Origin: Candidatus Saccharimonadota bacterium | GTDB taxonomy: Bacteria > Bacillota_I > Bacilli_A > Mycoplasmatales > Hepatoplasmataceae | Assembly (NCBI GenBank): GCA_027925325.1 | Contig: AP027133.1 | Coordinates: forward strand, 570,001-602,000 | Direction of reading: 5' to 3' | Length of the DNA stretch: 32,000 bases | In this document: positions 1 to 10,440 of the stretch, in pieces | Layout of the letters: every line of letters starts with the position of its first letter | How positions within the stretch are numbered: the first letter of the stretch is position 1 | The notes under the pieces: generated by a model | What the model was told of the DNA's origin: nothing | What the model saw: the letters and a program-made list of their open reading frames with translations, nothing else | Database searches by the model: none | Made by a program: the position numbers and the translations under genes

Positions 1-1861
1 TAAATGGAGCATTATTAATTATTTCTGTATAAATATTTTTGATTGATTTTATGTCTAATCCTCGCGTTGGATGACCGGCTAAGAGCAATTTATGCTCACG
101 CGAAATTTCCCGCGAAATTACAAATTTTTGCTGATTGCCACCTGACAAATTTCTTATCTCAATATTATAATTACTAGCACCCTCTACATTCATTTTCTTA
201 ATTAATTTTTCTGTTCATCGATAAATTTCTTTATTATCAACAACTAAATTTTTTCCCTCTTTTTGATTTGTTTTTTTCGGAAAATAAATTTTTGCGAATC
301 TTTGATCATTGAAACTAGTAATTATTGAATTAAAGGCTAAATTTCGATCAGCAATAATTCCATGCTTAAATCGATCAATTGGAATATGACTAATAAATTT
401 ATTTTTATCTTTAATTTTAGAATTACTAATATCTCTATCTTCAAACAAAATTTTTGATTCTTTTGTTGCTTTTTTGATTCCGGCAATACAATTAAAAATT
501 TCCTCTTGACCATTTCCTTCAATTCCAGCAAGACCAAAAATCTCTCCTTCTTTAACATCAAAAGAAACATTGTCAACCGCTTTAAATCCTTTTTTTGTAA
601 TATAACTTAAATTTTTAACCTCAAGCAATTTTTTTGTAGAAGGACTTTCTTTCTTAAAATCTAATGTTATCTTTGTTCCTACCATTATTTTGGCAATATG
701 ATCAATCGTAACATCTGCTGTATTTTTGTAATTAGCAATTAAATTACCTTTATTCAATACAGCAATATTATCAGCGATTTCTTTTACTTCATGTAATTTA
801 TGTGAAATAAATAATATTGTTTTATTTGCATCCCTTAATTTTTTGATTAATTGTAAAAGAGAAGAAATTTCATCAACCGATAAAGTTGCAGTTGCTTCGT
901 CAAAAATAATTACATCTTTTTCTACTCAAAGTGTTTTTAATATCTCGACTTTTTGTCGATCACCAACATTTAATTTTGAGACCAATTGATCAGGATTTAA
1001 ATTAATCCCATAACGATTTGTGATTGCATCAAAACGATTACGATATTTTTTATAATTTAAAATTCCATATTTTGTTGAATTTCTTGTATTTAAATCAACC
1101 TTTAAGAAATCTAGTTCTTTTCTTATCTCTTCTAGTTTTTGTGTATTTTTTGTAAGATATTTTTTAAAATCTATTTTTAATTGCGAAATTTGTGAATTAA
1201 ATTTTTCCGATTTTTTTTCTAAATTTAAAATTTCTTTTTTTAATTTAGAAATTTTTTGTTCTTTTTTTAAAATATTTAATTTGTAAAATATAAGATTACT
1301 ATTTGTTAGTTTTTTTAATTTTTGTTCTAATTTATTAATTTCTAATTTATTATGATATCTTGCAAAACGTTTTTTTCTTAGTTCTAATTCAATATCATAA
1401 TATTTTTCAAATTTTTCTTTTTCTTTTGTATTTTTTGAAAAATTATTATATTTATTTTCTAATTCAAATATTTTTTGCTTTAAAGCATCTTTATCATCAT
1501 TTGAAACAAAAAGATCCTCTTGTCCCAAGATAATATTTTCAAGAACTGTGAATTTTTCAACCAAATGAAAATGTTGATGAACCATTCCAATTTGATGTTT
1601 TTTAGCAGCTCCTGATTGATACATATCAGAAATTTTTCCATCTATTTTAATTTCACCAAAATCTTGTTTATATAAACCAAATAATATCGAAGTAAGCGTA
1701 GATTTGCCTGAACCATTTTCTCCTACAAGTGCGGTGACTTTTGCCCCTTCAATTCCAAGATTAATGTTATTGTTCGCAACAATCTTTCCATTTAAAAATT
1801 TCTTAGTAATATTTATAAATTCTAGTTTATAAATAGGATTAGAGTTTTTTTTATTTGACAT
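1..1861 (-). CDS. ABC transporter ATP-binding protein with two nucleotide-binding domains (CUT2 / sugar-nucleoside uptake type); C-terminus runs off the window start
   Basis: Track ORFs 926..1861 and 215..757 are in one frame, joined by TGA at 926-928 and 215-217; the frame stays open to base 2. Motifs: Walker A GENGSGKST, Q-loop MVHQHF, signature-like LNVGDRQKVEILKTL, Walker B IIFDEATATLS, second-NBD signature LSGGNQQK. Confidence 0.85.
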
Positions 1862-2023
1862 TAGAATTTTTAAATCTTATTAACTTACTTTTTAAGTTAT
1901 ATTTATTGTAATATAAAATTCAAAAATTTTTAATTATTTTAAAAAATAATTATAAATTTGATTTTTTTGTTTTGTTTGTTTTTTATAAGAGATAAAATTT
2001 AATTGAAAGGGAATTAAATTTAA

Positions 2024-2626
2024 ATGCAAGGGCAAATATCTATAAATAAAAAAGAGAATTACTTTTTAAAAAATTTTGTCGATAAATTAGAGGTTTTTAA
2101 TAAAAAAATAAATGTTACTTTTAAATTAATTGAGGACTGTTTTTTTTTCGATGGATTATTGAGAAAAGAGATAATTTTAAATATTAATAAAAACATGCAA
2201 AATGAATTTATTAATTTAAAAGAATGAGGAAAAAATAATTTTTTAAAAATTAATTTAAAAAAATGAATTAAAATTTCTGTTATTAAAGTAAATGATTATT
2301 TTGATTTAATTGAATTAAAAATTAATCAAGTTTTGAAATTAATAGGTGATAAAATTTTAAATTCAAATTATCTTGATAGACCATATCCTTATCGAAAAAA
2401 TTCTAAAATATGAAGATATGATCTTATTTCAACAGAAGTTTTCAATATTTTAAATGACTATGATTTTTATACCAAAATTCATTCTGAAGAGTTTAATTAT
2501 TATTTACAAGAATTAAAATTATTAAAAGAAGATTTATTAATATTAATTGAAGACATAGAAAAAACTAACATCATTGAAAATAAGGAAATAAAAGCACAGA
2601 TTTATAATTTAATATTTAAAGAATAA
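2024..2626 (+). CDS. hypothetical protein (200 aa)
   Basis: ATG at 2024 with AAAGGGA about 13 nt upstream. The track ORF 2024..2227 continues through in-frame TGA codons to TAA at 2624-2626. No motif recognised. Confidence 0.6.
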
Positions 2627-2627
2627 G

Positions 2628-4505
2628 TTATTTTTTTTTATTGATATGATTCATTAAAATAATAATATCACTCGGAGATATTCCGGATATATTTTTTGCT
2701 TGATGAATCGTAGAGGGTTTAAAATTAATCAATTTTTCTTTTGCTTCTTTTGAAAGATTTAATATCTTTTGATAATCAAAATTTTCTTTAATTTTTAAAT
2801 TTTGATATTTTAAATATTTTTTAACTTCAATTTCTTGCTTTTTAATATATCCTTCAAATTTTATTTCAATCTCTAAATGCTTCTTTTCTTCAATTGTTAA
2901 TTGTTGATATTTTTTAAGTTTATTAACTAAAATATTTTCAAGATCAAAAATTGATATCTCCGGTCTTTTTAATAAATTTAATAATGAAAATGTATTTTGA
3001 TTAATTACTATTTTTTTTGATTTTAATAAATTACTAACATTTTTATCACTTTGATTTAGTTTTAATTCTTTTATTTTTAAAATTAAATTATCAATCAATT
3101 TAATTTTCGCATCTCATAATTTATAAGTATCTTCTGTAATAAGTTTATTTTTATAAGATTTTTTATAAAGCCTTCTAATTGCGTTATCGCTTCTTAGTAG
3201 TAAACGATATTCAGCTCTCGATGATAATAAGCGATAAGGATCATAAATTCCTTTTGAAGTAAGATCGTCTACCATTACACCGATATAAGCTTCATTTCGA
3301 TCTAAAATAAATTCTGGTCTTTTTTTAATCTTATTAGCAACATTGATTGCTGCAATTAGTCCCTGTCCAGCTGCTTCTTCATATCCACTTGTGCCATTAA
3401 TTTGTCCTGCTGTAAATAAATGTGGTATCTTCTTTAATTCAAATGTTTGTTTTAATTGGATTGGATTTAAAGAATCATATTCAATTGCATAAGCATGTTT
3501 TGCAACTTTTACATTTTCAAATCCAGGTAATGTTTTTAAAAATTTATCTTGTACATCTTTTGGAAGCGAAGAAGATAATCCAGAAAGATATATTGTATCT
3601 AATTTTTCTGATTCTAATTCAAGAAAAACTTGGTGCCGATCTTTTTGATAAAATCGCTTAATTTTATCTTCAATTGATGGACAATATCTTGGACCTATTC
3701 CTGTTATTTCTTCTGAATAAAGATAAGATTTATTTAAATTATCTTTAATAATTTGATGTGTTTTTTGATTAGTATATAAAATTCAAGCAGGAATATTTTG
3801 ATATTTTTTGACAATTAATCTTTCTTCTGAAAAATATAAAGGATCATCTGATCCAGGTTCAATTTTTAATTTACTAAAATCAATACTATCTTTAAAGACA
3901 CGGGGAGGAGTTCCTGTTTTTAATCGTAAAAGTTCAAGATTAAATTTTTTAAATTGTTCTGATACTCCACTTGTTGTTTTTAAATTATTTGGACCTGATC
4001 GATAAATATTTGTTCCCTGCATTATCTTAGAATCTAAAAAAGTTCCGGTTGTAATAATTACATAATTTGCAAAGATATGTTTATTTTTTTTGGTATTAAC
4101 ACCATTTAATATTCCTTTTTGATCAAACGATAAATTAATTACTTCATCTTCAATTAAATCAAGATATTGCATATTAAGAATTTTATCTTGCATCACTTTA
4201 GGATAATCAATTTTATCAACTTGAGCTCGAAGCGCTTGTACTGCTGAACCCTTTGATTTATTTAAAATTTTTGTTTGTAATTGTGTTGAATCGGCAACAA
4301 TAGGCATCAATCCGCCCAATGCATAAAGTTCTTTTACAACAATTCCCTTTGCTGATCCTCCAATTGAAACATTACAAAAAAGATATGAAATATCACTTTT
4401 TTTAAAAGTAACAAGAGCTGTCTTAATTTTTTGATTATTTAAAACATTGGCCGCTTCCACTCCAGCATGACCGGCTCCAATAATTATTACATCGTATTTT
4501 TTCAT
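2628..4505 (-). CDS. mnmG: tRNA uridine 5-carboxymethylaminomethyl modification enzyme MnmG (GidA), 625 aa
   Basis: N-terminus MKKYDVIIIGAGHAGVEAA (FAD fold). Central [25 protein letters not shown] read from 3360-3420. C-terminus NISGISPSDIIIL. ORFs 3783..4505 and 2628..3098 share the frame; I walked 3099-3422 and found only TGA, and did not check 3423-3782. Confidence 0.95.
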
Positions 4506-4534
4506 AAATTAATTTTATCAATAATTAGAGTAAA

Positions 4535-5584
4535 TTAAATTTCTCGTGTATATTTATCTGCTAAATTACTATTACTTTCGATATATTCAACTTTTATTTG
4601 CAAATGATTATTATTAATTAATTTAAATGATTGATCCATATAATCTTTTGCTTTTGTTTTACTATTCACTTTCCCTTTTTTGATTCAAGAAATTATTGTT
4701 TTGTTATCTTCATATACCAAACAATTATCTATTTCATTTTTTATTAAATATTTAACAAATTGTAAAAATGCAAAAGCCTCTATTTCATTTGCCCATTCAC
4801 ATTCAGAATTTTCTTTTTTACTTAATAATTGGCCTTTTTGATCAGCAATTATTGCAAGTCCTATTTTATTTTTATTTGAAGAAATGGCTCCATCAATATA
4901 AAAAATATTATTATTTGAATTATTGTTGTTGTTTTTATTTAAATTTTTAATATATTTTGCAAAATCTAAATAAAAAATAACAGTTGAAATTTGACTTAAA
5001 AAAGATAATAAATCTTTTTCTTTTGCAATCTTTTTGATTTTATTATTAAAATGAATATAAAAATTATCGAGAAGTCCTTCATTAAAAATTTGTTTTAAAT
5101 TATCTTTTTCCCCTTTAATAAAAAAATATAATTTTTTTAAATTATCTTTTTGATAATTAATATCGGTTGAATTTAAAATATCTTTTATTAAATTATCTGC
5201 ACTTTCATTAGTAACAGATAAAGATTTTTTTTCATTTAAAATTGAACTTATGATTTTAATAATTTCATTTCTATTTTGCAATAATTTTTGATTATTGTTA
5301 AATTTTGAATTTTTATCTAAATGAATTTTAATTCTTTTTAAAAAAGAAATTTTTCCATCATAATCTAATTCATCAAAAATTTTTCTCATTTTTTTTCAAT
5401 TTGATAAATCTTTAAAAACTTCAAAAATTTGATTATCCTTTAAGTTTGTCTTTTTTACAAAATCACTAATAAAATTAGAAAATTCTTTATAATCTTCACT
5501 TATTAATGTAACTTTCCCGTTTTTAGGATTTCAAAGTAATTCAAGTATCTTATCAATCGCGATTTTTAATTCATATTCTTCCAT
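4535..5584 (-). CDS. RNase H (type 1 fold) domain protein with ~190 aa uncharacterised N-terminal extension, 349 aa
   Basis: Track ORF 4685..5389 extends both ways through TGA (4685-4687, 5396-5398, 5531-5533), from ATG at 5582-5584 to TAA at 4535-4537. DEDD-like pattern: FYIDGA, ANEIEAFAFLQ, VYEDNKTIISW, SNSNLADKY. Confidence 0.7.
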
Positions 5585-5596
5585 TTAAACTCAATT

Positions 5597-6373
5597 TTAT
5601 TTTCCTCTCAATACTAGTCAATCAGCAATTTCAGCATAGATATTTTCTTTTGTTTCTTGATATTTATATCGCGCTCATTTTGCTCAAAAATAAGCCGTAA
5701 AGATTCTTGCTATTACAAACTTGTAATAATCAAAATCTAAAGAAAGATTAATATAAGTTTGTAAAAAAACATCCTCTTGTTTTTTTGTTAATTTTCTTTT
5801 TACAATAAAACTCGCAAGATCTAAATATTTGCTATTAATTCCACCATATTCATAATCAATAATTTTAATATTATCATTATTTAAAATTAAAATATTACCA
5901 TCTACAATATCATTATTTGCATAAACAAGATCCTTGTTTAAAAATTTTAACACTTCTTCTAAGATAATACTTTCATTTGGATAATTAAAAATTTCTTTTT
6001 GTGTATTTAAAAAATTTCAAGTTTTTAAAAAATTAGGTTCTCTTAATTTTGTATTATTTTTAATTTTAATATTATGAAGTCGATAAATTTCTTTTGCACA
6101 ATTAATCAAAATTTGATCTTTTACCTCTTCTGTTTTAAACGCTTTATGTTTAATTATTTTTGTACAAAAATAATTATTTTCAATCTCTAAATAATCAAAA
6201 ACTTTTAATTCTTTCAAAATTAAAATTTCTTGATTTCCATAAACATCAGTAAATTTGTTTTTAACAAAAAACTTACAAATAATATCATTTTTATAATAAA
6301 CATTATTTGATAATCCAATTTTATCTTTTGCTCAATTAGGATCAATTTTAATTATTTTTTCGTTTTTTTTCAT
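5597..6373 (-). CDS. choline/aminoglycoside phosphotransferase-family kinase (LicA-like), 258 aa
   Basis: ORFs 6017..6217 and 5684..5953 are in one frame, joined by TGA codons. Brenner-like NNDIVDGNIL followed by IIDYEYGG. The ATG at 6371-6373 overlaps the pyrG 3' end by 26 nt (alternative ATG at 6386-6388). Stop is TAA at 5597-5599. Confidence 0.7.
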
Positions 6374-7955
6374 ACTGATAAGCGGCATTAATAAAAGATT
6401 CAAAAAGTGGATCTAATTTATATAAGGTCGTATTGAATTCAGGATGAAATTGAACACCAATATAAAAATCATTATTTTTATATTCGACAATTTCCACTAA
6501 ATTATTTTCCGGATTAATTCCTGAAAATAATAATCCTTTTTGTTCTAATTCCTTTTTATATTTATTATTAAACTCATAACGATGGCGATGTCTTTCCTTT
6601 ATCATACTTTTCTTATATATTCTTTTTGCAAGCGTATTATCAATTAATTTACAATTATATTCACCCAAACGCATTGTTCCACCTAATTTTTTTAAATCTT
6701 GATCTTTAAGTAAATGAATAATAAAATTATTTTTATTTGGATTTAATTCTTCATGATAAACATTTAATTTAGCGATATTTTTGGCAAATTCTAAAATTAA
6801 TAATTGCATCCCAAAACATATTCCAAGTAATGGAATATTATTTTCTCTTGCATATTTAATTGCACTAATTTTTCCTGAAGTTCCTTCAATTCCAAATCCT
6901 CCAGCGATAATTATTCCTGAAAAATTTTTTAAATCATTTACATTTAAAGATTTTGCATCAAATAATTCTATTTTTAAAGAAATTTTTTGATAAATGGAAA
7001 TAATTCTTAATGATTCAATAATTGAAAGATAAGAATCTTTTAAATTATGATATTTACCAACTATTACAATTTTAATTTCGCCAATTTTTTGATCTTTAAT
7101 TAATTTATCAATCAATTGATAATTTTTAATTGGTGAATATTTTAAATTTAAATTTAAAATATCTGCAATTTTTTGATCAATTTTTTCATCTACTAATTTT
7201 TGAGGAATTTGATAAACACTATCAACGTTTTCAAGTTCAAAAATATAATCTTTGTGAACACTACAATTAGCTGAAATTTTATCAATGATTGTAGAAGAGA
7301 TTTTTTCTTCACTTCGTGTTACGAGAAAATTAGGAAAAACACCAAGACTATGCAATTGTTTCACACTATGCTGAAAAGGTTTACTTTTATATTCTTTATT
7401 TATTTTAAGAAAGGGAATAAAACCAATATGAATATTTATGACATTTTCTCTTTGAAACTGCAATTGTCTAATCGTTTCAAAGTAAGGAATAGATTCAATA
7501 TCACCAACCGTACCACCAATTTCAACAACTAAAAGATCATATCCATTTAAATTTTTTAATACAAGTTCAATAATTTTGTCGATAACATTAGGAATAATTT
7601 GAACTGTTTTACCCAAATATTTTCCCTTTCGTTCATCTTCTATTAAATTACTATAAATTTTTCCTGAACTAATTGAAGAATTTTTTGTAAGATTTTGATT
7701 AATAAATCTTTCATAATGACCAATATCTAAATCTGTTTCTCCGCCATCTCTAGTAACAAAAACCTCTCCATGTTCAATTGGTGAAATTGTCCCTGGATCA
7801 ACATTTAAATAAGGATCAAATTTCATCATATTTACTTTTAATTTTCTTTCTTTAAAGATAGAAGCAAGCGAAGCAGAAAAAATACCTTTTCCTAATGATG
7901 ATAATACTCCACCTGTTATAAAAATTATCTTCCCATTTATTTTTCTATAATTCAT
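6348..7955 (-). CDS. pyrG: CTP synthase, 535 aa
   Basis: Intact ORF. FITGGVLSSLGKGI N-terminus, GGTVGDIES, glutaminase domain LGICFGMQ and HRHRYE. Confidence 0.97.
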   Translation of the reverse strand: MNYRKINGKIIFITGGVLSSLGKGIFSASLASIFKERKLKVNMMKFDPYLNVDPGTISPIEHGEVFVTRDGGETDLDIGHYERFINQNLTKNSSISSGKIYSNLIEDERKGKYLGKTVQIIPNVIDKIIELVLKNLNGYDLLVVEIGGTVGDIESIPYFETIRQLQFQRENVINIHIGFIPFLKINKEYKSKPFQHSVKQLHSLGVFPNFLVTRSEEKISSTIIDKISANCSVHKDYIFELENVDSVYQIPQKLVDEKIDQKIADILNLNLKYSPIKNYQLIDKLIKDQKIGEIKIVIVGKYHNLKDSYLSIIESLRIISIYQKISLKIELFDAKSLNVNDLKNFSGIIIAGGFGIEGTSGKISAIKYARENNIPLLGICFGMQLLILEFAKNIAKLNVYHEELNPNKNNFIIHLLKDQDLKKLGGTMRLGEYNCKLIDNTLAKRIYKKSMIKERHRHRYEFNNKYKKELEQKGLLFSGINPENNLVEIVEYKNNDFYIGVQFHPEFNTTLYKLDPLFESFINAAYQYEKKRKNN

Positions 7956-8038
7956 AATATTAAAATTATAAATAAAATAGTAATTTTATTTAATTGTAAT
8001 TTTTATATACTTTATTAAAATATATTATTTAATTGTTT

Positions 8039-9517
8039 ATGAAAAAAATATTTATTACAACCCCTATTTACTATCCTAATGATAAATTGCATATCGGTCA
8101 TGCTTATACTACAATATTAGCTGATATTTATAAGAGATATAAAAAAATGCAAGGATATGAAGTTTTTTTTCTTACAGGTTCAGATGAACATGGGCAAAAA
8201 ATAACAGAAAAAGCAAGACAAGAAAAGCAAAACGAAAAAGAATATGTAGATAAAATTATTGAAAATTTTAAATTATTATGAGCAAAATTAAATATAAATT
8301 ACGACTACTTCATAAGAACAACTGATAAATATCATGAACAATTTGTACAAGAAACTTTCCAAGAATTATTAACAAAATCTTACATATATAAGGGCAAATA
8401 TAAAGGATTATATTGCAAATATGATGAAACATTTTTTACAGAGAAACAAGCTCTTGTTGGAAATATCTGTCCAGAATGTAAAAGAAAGTTAGTGTCCTTA
8501 GAAGAAGAAAGTTATTTTTTAAAAGTAACTTTATTTAAAAATTGAATAAAAGAAAAATTACAAAAAACCGATTTATTAACTCCAAATCATCTTAAAAAAG
8601 AATTAATAAATAATTTTTTAGATAAATCATTTTCTGATTTATCAATTACAAGAAAATCAATAAGATGAGGAATAAGTCTCTTAAATGATAAAAATTATGT
8701 CATTTATGTCTGATTTGATGCACTATTAAATTATCTATCTGTTTTTAAAAATAAAGAAAGTAAATATAAAGTAACTGATATTTGAAAAAAAGATTCGAAT
8801 TGAGAAATTTTACAGATAATCGGAAAAGAAATTACAAGATTCCACGCATTATATTGACCGATTATTTTAAAAATGAAAAATTATCGTACTCCTAAAATTT
8901 TCGCTCACGGTTGAATAGTAACAGATCAAGGTGAGAAAATGTCGAAATCAAAAAATAATGCTATTGATCCATTATTTTTAATTGATAAATATGGAAGTGA
9001 TGCAATTAGATTTTATTTGGTGAAAAATATTGCTCTAGGAGAAGATGGAAGATTTTCTGAAAATTTATTAATAAAAACAATCAATGGAATATTAGTAAAT
9101 AAATATTCAAATTTAATCGCTCGAACAGATAAAATGTTAAATAAATATTTTGCAGGATTTATACCACAAGAAATAATTTATAGTGATTATGAGATAAATT
9201 TGTCAAAAGAGATTAACAATTTCAAAAATAATTATTATAAGTTTATGGATCAATTTAAACTTAATCAAGCAATTGATGAAATTATTAAATATATTGAAAC
9301 TTTAAATAAATACATCGAAAATAAAGAACCTTGAAAAGAAAAAGATCAAAAATACTTAAAGGTAATCTTAAATTTTTTAACAAAAAATATTTTCGATCTT
9401 TCTTATCTATTTTCTCCTTTTATTCCAAATTCATTTCAAATTATAAATGAGTGATTAAATCAAGGAGATTTTACAAAAAAAATTAATAAAATAAATTTTT
9501 TATTTACAAAAATATAA
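8039..9517 (+). CDS. metG: methionyl-tRNA synthetase, 492 aa
   Basis: ATG at 8039. HIGH motif (LHIGHAYT), zinc-knuckle-like CPECKRK, KMSKS at about 8936. ORFs 8033..8281 and 8939..9334 share the frame; I walked 8282-8521 and it is stop-free, and did not check the remaining junction stretches. Stop is TAA at 9515-9517. Confidence 0.95.
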
Positions 9518-10429
9518 TTATTTATATAATTCTGTATCAATTAATTTAACTTCCGTAAAATCAATCTTATTTAAATTGGCTTTATCAAAATTTACCGCTT
9601 TTAATTCGGCTCCTTTTAAATTAGCTTTTGCAAGATTTGCTCTACTTAAATTTACATTAAGTAATTTAGCATTACTAAAATCAACATGAGATAAATTTGC
9701 ATAAGATAAATCTACATTTTCAAGAATTGCATTTTTTCAAGTTGATAAATTTAAATTAGATTTACTTAAATCTGTCTTTTTTAAAGTTGTTCCATTAAAA
9801 TTAGCATAACTGAAATTTGTTTTATTAAAATTACAATTTATAAATTTAGCATTAATAAAACTTCCTTTTTTAAGAGACATATTTTTAAAATTTGTTTTAT
9901 TAAAATTTGCTCCATCAAAAATCGGAGCAATAAAATTTAAATAGCTAAATTTTGCATCCAAAAGATTTGTATTACTAAAATTAACTTTTCTTAATTTTTC
10001 GCCAATAAAATTTATTAAAAATTTTTTATTATTAATTGAAAAATTACTTAGATTAGCATTTGTAAGATCACTTTTTGCAAATCTAATTTTTCTGAAATTA
10101 GCATCAGTAAGATTTACATCATTAAAGTTAGCATCAGTAAAATTAACTTTTAAAAAATTTGCTTTAGTAAGAGTTGCATTTTTAAAATTTGCTTCTGATA
10201 AATTACATTTTATGAAATTAGATTCCTTTAAATTTGTCTCTATAAAATTTGCCATCTTTAAATTAGATTTTTTAAATAATGAAAAACTTAAATTTGCTTT
10301 ACTAAAATTAATTTTATTTAAATTTGATTTTGCAAAAAGAGAATTATTTAAATTTTTGGTTGAAAAATTAATTCCTGTTAAATTTTTATTTTTAATTTCT
10401 GTAATTTCTTTTTTATTATTATTTTCCAT
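9518..10429 (-). CDS. pentapeptide-repeat protein, 303 aa, repeats over essentially the whole length
   Basis: A(N/D)(L/F)xx repeats run from NLTGINFSTKNLNNSLFAKSNLNKINFSKANL to ANLKGAELKAVNFDKANLNKIDF. ORF 9737..10429 continues through TGA at 9737-9739 to TAA at 9518-9520. The SD AAAGGA lies in the 11 nt gap after the upstream helicase stop. Confidence 0.9.
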
Positions 10430-10440
10430 AAAATTCCTTT

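Noticed and set aside
7956-8038. T-box or other leader riboswitch upstream of metG (and serS)
   Set aside because: The metG leader is only 83 nt of near-pure AT with no specifier/terminator helices. serS starts 2 nt after the gyrA stop, so no leader exists.
9518-10429. 15/30 nt periodicity at DNA level (recurrent aaatttgc / ttagcat units) that could be mistaken for a tandem repeat array or CRISPR-like locus
   Set aside because: The periodicity is the nucleotide shadow of the pentapeptide (5 aa = 15 nt) protein repeat within one continuous ORF. There are no conserved direct repeats with unique spacers.
9518-10429. Interpreting the pentapeptide protein as a Qnr/MfpA-type gyrase protector because gyrB/gyrA are in the window
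   Set aside because: gyrBA lie about 17 kb away in a different operon, whereas the gene is coupled to the helicase-nuclease. A gyrase link is possible from family knowledge but has no positional support here.
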